Positions 37,301-44,705 of a DNA stretch of 64,000 bases are shown here, one piece after another. This DNA is from Verrucomicrobiaceae bacterium (GTDB lineage: Bacteria; Verrucomicrobiota; Verrucomicrobiia; Verrucomicrobiales; Akkermansiaceae): contig JBPOGH010000008.1 in NCBI GenBank assembly GCA_051252135.1, positions 172,372 to 236,371 on the forward strand, given 5' to 3'. Position 1 is the stretch's first letter. Each line of letters begins with the position of its first letter. The notes under the pieces were generated by a model. It made no database searches. It was given only the letters and a program-made list of their open reading frames with translations, and was not told the origin of the DNA. The position numbers and the translations under genes are program-made.

Positions 37301-39301
37301 GATAATGCGGACGATCCGTCGCGGATTTGGCGTCGCTTGCTGGCGAACGATGAATATCGGGTGTTGTTTGCGGATCGGGTGCAGAAGCATTTGATGAACA
37401 ATGGTCTGCTGACTCCGGACGCGGTGACGACGATGTGGGATGTGCGCAAGGACGAGATGTTTGAGGCGATCATTGGAGAATCGGCACGGTGGGGAGACTA
37501 CCGACGCGATGTGGATCCGGTGGGTGGTCCCAGCCCGATTCCGTTGTATGACCGGGATGAGGAGTGGACGGTGGAGCGGAACCGTCTCTTCGGGAGTTAT
37601 TTCCCGGTGAGGACGGACAATGTGATCTCGCAGTATCGGGCGGCGGGTTATTTGCCCTCGCTGGAGGCTCCTGGATTTAATGTCTATGGCGGCCGGGTGG
37701 CGGCGGGGCATCCGCTGGAGATGACGAGTGTCGACGGGGAGACGATTTATTATACGACGGATGGAAGTGATCCGCGGGTTCCGGCGATGGTCAACACGGT
37801 GGAGCTGATTGGGGAAGGGGGAGCGATGCGGGTTTTTGTTCCTCTGGACAATGCGTTGGGTTCGACCTGGCGTGGTGGGAGCGAGCCGTTTGACGACAGT
37901 GGCTGGAGGACCGGAACGTCGGTGGGGTACGAAAATTCCCCGAGTAATTACGCCGGATTGTATGACATCAATGTGAGAGATGAGATGCGCGGAAAGAGTC
38001 CATCCTGCCTGGTGCGGATGAGCTTTACGATTCCGGATCAAGCGACGCTGGATGCGATCCAGGAACTGACTCTGGGGGTGCGTTATGATGACGGTTTTGT
38101 CGCCTTCATTAACGGGGTGGAAGTGGCACAAGACAATGCGCCCGGCGTCCTGAATTGGGATGAGACGGGATCGAGCCATGACGAAGTGCTGGCTGTGCTT
38201 TATGAGCCTTTTAGCCTGGGCTCTACGGGGATTTCCGCGCTGAAGGTGGGTGCGAACGTGCTGGCGATGCACGGGTTCAATGCGACTACGGGCTCGAGTG
38301 ACTTTTTGCTCGATGCGACGCTTGCGACGGTTCTGGGGTCAGATGTGGCAATCAGTCCGAGTGCGGTGGTCTATGGGGGGACGGTGCCGATCAACGATCC
38401 GACTTTGGTGCGGGCGCGGGTGTATGATGGGAGCAGTTGGTCCGCTCTAACAGAAGCGGTATTTTACACGGGCGTCCCGGCGGATGCGACGAATCTGGTG
38501 ATCTCCGAGATCATGTATAATCCGGATGGTTCCGATGAAACGGAGTTTATCGAATTCCAGAATATCGGGACCGAGGTGATTGATTTGAGCGGGGTGCGGT
38601 TTAGCGAAGGGCTGGACTTTGAGTTTCCGCTGGGGACCTCACTGGCTCCGGGTGGTTGGGTCTTGGCGGTGCGGAACCGGGTGGCGTTTGAGGCCCTTTA
38701 TGGGCCGGGTCTTCCGATTGCGGGAGAGTTTTTGAACGACAATGTGCTCGATAACAGTGGGGATCGTCTCACGATGTTGGGAGCGGATGGTGCGGTGATC
38801 CGGACGATGCGTTACAATGATCAAGCGCCTTGGCCGGTAGCTGCGGATGGAGATGGATTCAGTTTGGTGCTGGTGAATGCGAGCGCGAATCCGGACCATG
38901 CCTTGCCGGAGAGCTGGCGTGCGAGTGTGGTGAGCGGCGGGACTCCGGGAGGACCTGACGGGGCGACCTTCACGGGAGTGGCGAGTGCCGATGATGATGG
39001 GGACGGGGTGTCCGCGTTGCTGGAATTCGTTTTCGGAACCTCGGATGCGGTTGCGGGAGATGCGGGGAATGTGATGGGATTTGAAGCTGGAAGCAGTTTC
39101 CGATTGCGCCGCCGGGCCGGGGTGACGGGGGTGACTGTGGTGATCGAGACCTCGACGAACCTATCCGATTGGGTGGCGGCAGAAGGGATGCTGCAGTTGG
39201 TCAACGAAGTGAATGTGGAACCGGGGGTGGTGGAAGAGCAATATCAATGGGTGGGTAACGAGCCCCGGGCATTTGTGCGGGTGAAGGCGACTCAGGATTG
39301 A
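34322..39301 (+). CDS. Large secreted lamin-tail / CotH kinase / chitobiase-C domain protein
   Basis: VVISEFMASN..DWIEL and ISEIMYNP..EFIE (lamin tail); two IYYTTDGS-type motifs; KHSFR, LYINGIYWGMY..ER, DWDHHNW, WDSE (CotH). Confidence 0.92.
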   Translation: MNAISNRTILLFLFLIFPLQGEVVISEFMASNRATLADEDGDFSDWIELENIGEGVVNLTGWQLTDKAGDPGSRWVLPTRFLAPGGRLVLFASGKDRKPASAAGELHTNFQLSSGGEYLALIEADGVTVASAFDPAYPPQEEDVSYGRGALTLATEELVKEGDAGKLQVVVNDGAGSMWRGGNEPFDDSGWLTVKTGVGFDQGGGPSGFELVENFDGLNAGALDGQGGWSASAATVTVANDPANVENQVMSQAGDNVRAFKGISIPQGETATVFYRIRREGIIDASIGTSDVVTPGTAYSDFETQLNNQKNDIWNVRDAGGFTAVDTFADNTWYEVWMVIDNASDTYEVHMKGGALTERTQLDAGAQTVFGFRNGSATNAIENFFARTGNGTTGAMLIDDIYLATGENLANPANGLGLSDFIDAEGGIETEMAGVAAGAYLRIPFETGNLDGVGSLILRMRYDDGFVAYLNGVEIEARNAPASVAWNSTALTERSAQDVVNFVEIDVTAFADLLVPGGTNVLAIHGLNLTAADGDFLITPELVGVAASPTAEKLYFTSPTPGLANGSGFLGFVGDTQFSVDRGFYDTPIELVISATLEGSTIIYTTDGSMPGATNGTSVAAPATLSISETTPLRAVAVKDGYVSTNVDTHTYIFPTDVIVQGNSPEGYPAVWKGDNGNGTETADYEMDSEVTQSATYGPFIKDALLAIPTISLVTEKGNLFDPATGIYQNPQQSGSVWERPVSFEVIHPNGERQGIQVDAGIRIQGGHTRLPSKNPKHSFRVSFKREFGPTKLNYDLFPDDPDAAKEFDQLILRGAGNQSWLHHNTFKGDNRGRAQYIRDQWAKDVQLAMGHPATRSMYAHLYINGIYWGMYNPTERGTAGFGESYLGGTKEDYDALNSGEAIDGDAARANYQAMITLANGGLADPVRYAEMAEMLDLEAFTDYMIIQQYGGNLDWDHHNWYVIRNRNGGKWYFLSWDSEFIFIDTTDNVLSLDNADDPSRIWRRLLANDEYRVLFADRVQKHLMNNGLLTPDAVTTMWDVRKDEMFEAIIGESARWGDYRRDVDPVGGPSPIPLYDRDEEWTVERNRLFGSYFPVRTDNVISQYRAAGYLPSLEAPGFNVYGGRVAAGHPLEMTSVDGETIYYTTDGSDPRVPAMVNTVELIGEGGAMRVFVPLDNALGSTWRGGSEPFDDSGWRTGTSVGYENSPSNYAGLYDINVRDEMRGKSPSCLVRMSFTIPDQATLDAIQELTLGVRYDDGFVAFINGVEVAQDNAPGVLNWDETGSSHDEVLAVLYEPFSLGSTGISALKVGANVLAMHGFNATTGSSDFLLDATLATVLGSDVAISPSAVVYGGTVPINDPTLVRARVYDGSSWSALTEAVFYTGVPADATNLVISEIMYNPDGSDETEFIEFQNIGTEVIDLSGVRFSEGLDFEFPLGTSLAPGGWVLAVRNRVAFEALYGPGLPIAGEFLNDNVLDNSGDRLTMLGADGAVIRTMRYNDQAPWPVAADGDGFSLVLVNASANPDHALPESWRASVVSGGTPGGPDGATFTGVASADDDGDGVSALLEFVFGTSDAVAGDAGNVMGFEAGSSFRLRRRAGVTGVTVVIETSTNLSDWVAAEGMLQLVNEVNVEPGVVEEQYQWVGNEPRAFVRVKATQD

Positions 39302-39339
39302 TGAGGGAGCGGCGGATTGCGCCGCAGGATGTTCAAAGA

Positions 39340-39375
39340 AAAACGGCTTGTTGATGTGGATCAACAAGCCGTTTT
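39340..39375. terminator. Bidirectional terminator
   Basis: AAAACGGCTTGTTGAT-gtgg-ATCAACAAGCCGTTTT between convergent genes. Confidence 0.85.
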
Positions 39376-39396
39376 GCGTTGAAAGAGGGAGATGGA

Positions 39397-41331
39397 CTAT
39401 GGCTTTTCGATCCGGAAGAAGCCCTGGGGGTTTGTGAGGGCTGTGGCGGGAACGGAGAAGGTGTCGCCGTCATCAAGGATGGCATCGGTCACTTCGGTGA
39501 AGGGGGAGTTGAGGTTATCCGAGGTGGTGAGGATGTAGTTTTCTCCGGCCGGGCTGAAGGAGATGAGGAGGTCGCCGTTTGGCAGGAGTTCGGTGGAGGT
39601 GATGGTGATGTCTCCGGTGTTGCCTTTGGAGGGGGCGGGGGTGGAGAGGTTCGCGGAAGTGGGATCGAGGTAGATGTTATCGACCAAGACGTGGGAGAGG
39701 GCTTCTCCACCGAGAGCGGTGATGAGGAGGATGCTGGAGAGGTGTTCGGTGGTGCCGTTCCGGAAGTTGAAGGGGTCGATGCCGCCGTCGTCGGTGATTT
39801 CGATTTGTCCGGTTTCGCCGTCGGGTGACTCGACGTAGACCTTGAGTTGGTCGGAAGCGTTATCCGCGACGATCCAGACGTTCATCCAGGTGTCGATGGC
39901 GTAGGTGGCCTGATCGCGGAAGGCGCCGGCATCACGGGCGCGGAGGATGTTGTCCCGAAAGATAACGGTTTGTGCTTCGAAATCCCCGAAGGCGGAGGGT
40001 GAGAGGGCGTCGCTGAGGCCGATGCTGTTGTCGACATTTCCGCTGGAGGCAGAGATTTGGAAGAAGAGGGTTCCGGTGGCGCCCTCGCGGACCTGGAGGC
40101 CGAGTTCATTGAGTTTTTTGGAAATGGCGTTGGTGGCGGTCATGCCCTCGAGGCGTTCGAGGCGTCCGACTTGGTCAGTGGAGCCTTCTTCGGTCGTGAC
40201 GGAGATGGCTTCGGGGACGTTGGCGGTCCATCCGTTGATGCCGTTGAAGGTTTGGCCGACGGTCATTCCTTCGCCTTCGAAGTTTTCGATGAGTTGAAAG
40301 CCGGAGGGTTGGGCAGGAACGCTGAGCGGGTCGTTCGGATCGGATGATGCGGCGCCCTCGATGGCGTCGTCGAAGCCATCGCCATCCGAGTCGGCCTCGC
40401 GGGGGTTGGTGGGGGCGTTGTTGAAGGGGTTTGCGGAGCCGGCGAGCTCGACGTCATCATCGATGGTGTCGCCATCGGTGTCCTTGAGGGTGGGGTTTGT
40501 GCTTTCCTGGAATTCCTGGAGATCGGTGAGGTTGTCATTATCGAAATCTCCGGTGCCGTCGCGCGAGGTGTCGCCGAAGAAGGCTTCTTCCCAGAGGTCA
40601 TTCATGCCGTCGCCGTCAGCGTCACCTTCATCGGCGAAGGGGTGGGTGAGGTTTTCGCCGGAGAGATCGAGGTAGATGTCATCGAGGTATCCGGTGGTTC
40701 CGGCGCGGTTGTTGATGGCGAGGAGGGTGATCAGGCCGTCCGTGGTGCCATTTCGGAATGCGCCACCGGTGAAGGAAGTGGTTCCGGCGGAGGTGGCGGC
40801 AACGGGGATGGTGTTGAAGTAGACGTCGGTGGTGTCGGCGGTGTTGTTGAGGACGAGCCAGATGTTGATCCAGACATCGGGTTCGGCGCCGCCCACTTCG
40901 GTGAATCCGCCTCCGTTGCGGACGTCGATGTCTATGTCATTGGCGGTGCCTCCGTCGGCGAGGCGGATGTAGCCTTCGAAGTCACCCCAGATGGTGGGAG
41001 CGGTGAGGTCGGAAGAGCCGACGACCCAATCGACGAGTCCGTCGGGGGCGGTGGCGCGGATGCGGAAGAAGAGGGTGGCGGTGGAGCCCTCGGAGATGGG
41101 GGTGGGGAGGGTGTAATGGTTAGGAACGCGGGGAGCGGCGTGTGTGCAGCTGAAGACCTTGTTTGCGGGGTCTGCGGGGTCGGCGACGATGAGGCTGTCA
41201 CCGTTGAGAGTGCCTTCGCCTTGCCAGTTGCTGGTGGGGCCTTCCATGTCATCGACGAGGGTCCATTGGGCGTGGAGGAGGGGGCTGGAGAGAGCGAGAA
41301 TGAGAGAGGTGGTTTTCATGATTGGTTGCAT
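39397..41331 (-). CDS. Secreted protein with a duplicated beta-rich domain and DxDxDG calcium-binding repeats
   Basis: Signal peptide; two copies of a ~200-aa domain separated by DADGDG, DTDGD and DSDGDG repeats. Confidence 0.85.
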   Translation of the reverse strand: MQPIMKTTSLILALSSPLLHAQWTLVDDMEGPTSNWQGEGTLNGDSLIVADPADPANKVFSCTHAAPRVPNHYTLPTPISEGSTATLFFRIRATAPDGLVDWVVGSSDLTAPTIWGDFEGYIRLADGGTANDIDIDVRNGGGFTEVGGAEPDVWINIWLVLNNTADTTDVYFNTIPVAATSAGTTSFTGGAFRNGTTDGLITLLAINNRAGTTGYLDDIYLDLSGENLTHPFADEGDADGDGMNDLWEEAFFGDTSRDGTGDFDNDNLTDLQEFQESTNPTLKDTDGDTIDDDVELAGSANPFNNAPTNPREADSDGDGFDDAIEGAASSDPNDPLSVPAQPSGFQLIENFEGEGMTVGQTFNGINGWTANVPEAISVTTEEGSTDQVGRLERLEGMTATNAISKKLNELGLQVREGATGTLFFQISASSGNVDNSIGLSDALSPSAFGDFEAQTVIFRDNILRARDAGAFRDQATYAIDTWMNVWIVADNASDQLKVYVESPDGETGQIEITDDGGIDPFNFRNGTTEHLSSILLITALGGEALSHVLVDNIYLDPTSANLSTPAPSKGNTGDITITSTELLPNGDLLISFSPAGENYILTTSDNLNSPFTEVTDAILDDGDTFSVPATALTNPQGFFRIEKP

Positions 41332-41423
41332 GCAACAACGGGTTGTTGCATGTTATAACGTTTCTTAAAGACTAGGAAAAGTCAAAAGAGGGTTGTGACG
41401 CACTCCTTTTGGTGAAATTGGTG

Positions 41424-44400
41424 TTATTGGCAGTCTGCTTTGGCGCGGAGGAAGGCTTTGATTTGGCTGGAGATTGGGTCGGGGTAGCGGTGGGTGGCCC
41501 AGATGTATCCGGCGGGGGGAGCGGGGAGGCTGAGCGGGTTGAAGGTAGGGATGGCAGGGGTGGTCCAATCCGCGATGTCCGCGGAGGACTCGCCGGAGTA
41601 GTGGATGCCGTCGGCCTCATAAGATCCTCCAAATTTCACGAGGCCTCCGTCGCGGCGGAGGTAACTTTGAATGAGCCAGGTATCGCCATCGCTGGTGCGG
41701 GTGCCGAGGCGGCGGGTGGGGATGGAGCTTGGATCGAGGGGGTCGCTGCCGAAGGCGAACTCGAGTCGGGAGGAGAAGCCGTCCTCATCGAGATCGATGT
41801 CCGGAAGGGTGTCCTGCCCGTTGAGGCCCTGGTTTTGGGCCCAGGAGTCGAACTCCGGCCAGTCGCGGAGGTTGATCCACGGGTTGACGCGGTAGAGCTT
41901 ATCGCTGTCGTCGAGGAAAGTGAGGGTGAGCGGGATGGCACCTTGGCCGAGTTCGGCGAGGTCTTGGGCGGTGATGACGGGTGGGTTGCCGGAGAGGAAG
42001 GTTCCGTTGAGGGACCATTTGATATCATGGATGGGGCCGATTTCAGAGGGGAGAAAGGGGGCGGGATCGAGAGTGAGATCCGCAGCGGTGGTGGCGGCGA
42101 TGGGGTCGAAATTGAGGATATGCGGTGGGGTGGAACCGGTGGGACGGGGGTCGGAGATGGTGAGGTTTGCGGAGAAGAGGTGGTCCTGCACTTCGCCATC
42201 CGGGGCTTCTCCGTTGGCGTCGAGGGTGCTGTCGCTGCTGATGCGGAAGCGGAGGGCGAAGGTCTCGGTCCAGGTGAGTTCACCGGTCCAGGGGATGGTG
42301 ACGGTGAAGGACATGGACACGCTGGGGACCGAGTCATCACCCGGGATGATGAGGGTCAACTTTTCGCCGGGGTCATCGAAGTCGCCATCGCGGTTGCCAT
42401 CGATAAAGCCGTAGAAGGTGGCGTTGTTTCCGGTGACATTCCGGACAGCCTGGCTGGTGCCGATGACGAGAGTGAGGGTGGAGTGCTCGATGGGGGAGGC
42501 GGCATTGAAGGATTGGGAGATGATGGCGGTGAGGAGGTTGAGGTCGTCGTTATTTCCATCGGTGTCGTCGCCATCAGCCGTGGCGGTGGGTTGTCCATCG
42601 AGTTCGGCGTCGACGTTTGAGTCGGTGGAGGTGGAGTCGTTTTCGATGGTGAGATTAGGGGTGACGAGGTGGCGGGGGCCGTTGTCGACGAGGCGGGTTC
42701 GGTAGTCCGGGAGGGTGGTGCCGGTGTCGAAATTTCCGGCAGAGGATCCGTGGCAGGAATCGGGGAGGTCGCCGAAGTCCATGGTGGGTTCGACGATGGG
42801 GCAGGGATCGGCAATGGTGAGATTGATGGTGACGAGGTCATCCTGGACTTCGCCATTTGGGGCGTAGCCGGTGGCGGTGACGGAGGGGTCGGTGGTGAGG
42901 CGGCTGCGGACGGCCCAGATTTCCGTCCAGCTGGTCAGGCCCTGCCAGGGGAAGATGTTGGAGACGACGACATTGACATTACCGGTGGTTCCGGCGGCGA
43001 TGATTTGTGACCAGGACTCGTTGGTGTCGAGGAAATCGCCGTCGTGATTCCAGTCGATGAAGGTGTGGAGGGTGGCGTCGACGGCGAGGTCGTTTTTGAA
43101 GGCGTGATTGAGGGTGATTTCGAGGTCGATTTCGACATCGCTGCAATCCGGAGCGCCGCCGCTGGTGACGGAGAGATTGGAGACGAGATGGAGGAGTTCG
43201 AGTTCGTCGTTGTCACCAGTGGAGTCATCTCCGGTGGCGTCGGGTGATTGATGGGCGTCGGTCTCGGCGTCGACATCGGCATCGCCGGAGCCGGTGTCAT
43301 TTAAGAAAACGAGGTCCGGGGTGATGAGGTGGCGGGGGCCGTTGTCGGCGAGGGTGGTTTGGAAGTCGGGGATGGCGGAGATGAAGTCGCCGGCGGTGGT
43401 TCCTGAGGAGGTGTCGGGGAGGTCACCGAAATCGAGTGCGGGGAGGACGGTGAGGAGGTAGTCCTCGACTTCGCCATCGGGGGCGAGGCCGGTGGGTGCG
43501 ATGAATTCGAGTGAGGTGAAGCGGAGGCGGGCGGGGATGTCGGTGGTGTAGGCGAGGCCGGTGGGGACGGGGACGTTGAGAGCGACGGCAAGGGAGGCGG
43601 ATCCGGAGGGGATTTTGAGTTTTTGATACTCGTTGGTGTCGAGGAAGTCGCCATCGTGGTTCCAGTCGAAGAAGCCGTGGAGCCAGGCGTCATTGGTGAG
43701 TTGGTTGGTCGCTTTGTGGCTGAAGGCGACGGTGGTTCCGGCCTGGATGGCGGTGAGGGGGCCGAAGTCTTCTTCGTCATCGGAGCCAGCGGTGTCATCG
43801 CCGAGGGCGGAGGCGTGGGGTTGGCCGTCGGCTTCGATATCCGGAGCGGAGCCGCCGAGGAACAAAGCGGTGTTGATGGCGTGGCGGGCGCCGTTATCAG
43901 CGAGGGTGGTGGGGTAGGCGGGAGAAGCGCCGACGGAGCTATCGGGGAGGTCGCCGAAGTCGAGATCGGGAGGGGAGATGGTGATCATGAGGTCCTCGAC
44001 TTCGCCATCGGGCGCGGGATCGTTGGGGTCGACGGCGAGGGTGGAGAGCCGGAAGCGTGCTCCGGTATCGGTGGTGGTGATTGCGGTGGTGGGGACGTTG
44101 AAGGATACGGGGATGGTGACTCCGATGGTGCCGGAGGGAATGGTGATGACATTGGACTCGAGGCCTCCGATGAAGGCGCCGTCGCCATTCCAGTCGATGA
44201 AGGCGTGGAGGTAGGCGGGAGCGGTTTTTTGGTTGGTGACTTTCACCTGGAAGGTCACGGAAGTTCCGGCCTTGATGGTGGCGGGTGGGGTGACTCCGTC
44301 CTCGTCATCAGGGCCGCCGCTGAGATCGTCGCCATCTGCGGTGGCGGAGGGGAAGCCGTCGCCGTCGTTATCGATGAGGGTGCCGAGGAAGATTTGGGAA

Positions 44401-44585
44401 TCGATGAGGTGCCAGGGGCCGCCGTCGGCGATTTTTGTTTTGTAGGTAATGGGAGCACCGGGGGTGCCGGGGTTGGGGAGGTCTCCGAAGTCGGCGGGGC
44501 CGGAGGGGTTTTGGGCGAGGGCCACGAGAGGGACGAAAAGGGTGGTGACGAAAGCGGCATTTTTGAGATTCCCCGTGATGATCAT
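41424..44585 (-). CDS. Secreted protein with four GEVED domains
   Basis: Four units starting DFGDLP, each with an IDWNxDGDF-like motif, ending GEVED or GEVQD. Confidence 0.92.
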   Translation of the reverse strand: MIITGNLKNAAFVTTLFVPLVALAQNPSGPADFGDLPNPGTPGAPITYKTKIADGGPWHLIDSQIFLGTLIDNDGDGFPSATADGDDLSGGPDDEDGVTPPATIKAGTSVTFQVKVTNQKTAPAYLHAFIDWNGDGAFIGGLESNVITIPSGTIGVTIPVSFNVPTTAITTTDTGARFRLSTLAVDPNDPAPDGEVEDLMITISPPDLDFGDLPDSSVGASPAYPTTLADNGARHAINTALFLGGSAPDIEADGQPHASALGDDTAGSDDEEDFGPLTAIQAGTTVAFSHKATNQLTNDAWLHGFFDWNHDGDFLDTNEYQKLKIPSGSASLAVALNVPVPTGLAYTTDIPARLRFTSLEFIAPTGLAPDGEVEDYLLTVLPALDFGDLPDTSSGTTAGDFISAIPDFQTTLADNGPRHLITPDLVFLNDTGSGDADVDAETDAHQSPDATGDDSTGDNDELELLHLVSNLSVTSGGAPDCSDVEIDLEITLNHAFKNDLAVDATLHTFIDWNHDGDFLDTNESWSQIIAAGTTGNVNVVVSNIFPWQGLTSWTEIWAVRSRLTTDPSVTATGYAPNGEVQDDLVTINLTIADPCPIVEPTMDFGDLPDSCHGSSAGNFDTGTTLPDYRTRLVDNGPRHLVTPNLTIENDSTSTDSNVDAELDGQPTATADGDDTDGNNDDLNLLTAIISQSFNAASPIEHSTLTLVIGTSQAVRNVTGNNATFYGFIDGNRDGDFDDPGEKLTLIIPGDDSVPSVSMSFTVTIPWTGELTWTETFALRFRISSDSTLDANGEAPDGEVQDHLFSANLTISDPRPTGSTPPHILNFDPIAATTAADLTLDPAPFLPSEIGPIHDIKWSLNGTFLSGNPPVITAQDLAELGQGAIPLTLTFLDDSDKLYRVNPWINLRDWPEFDSWAQNQGLNGQDTLPDIDLDEDGFSSRLEFAFGSDPLDPSSIPTRRLGTRTSDGDTWLIQSYLRRDGGLVKFGGSYEADGIHYSGESSADIADWTTPAIPTFNPLSLPAPPAGYIWATHRYPDPISSQIKAFLRAKADCQ

Positions 44586-44705
44586 GGCGATCTAACAGAC
44601 AGGACAAGGGTATCGATTGTCAAGGATGGGGGGAGCTTAATGTTCAAGCGACCCAAGTAGGGAGGGCTTGTTATCCTTCAGTTGGAGGGGTTAACTTTTT
44701 CCGTG

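Noticed and set aside
39351..39364. Perfect FNR-type box TTGAT-gtgg-ATCAA
   Set aside because: It is the top of a 16-bp terminator stem between two convergent 3' ends, not a promoter
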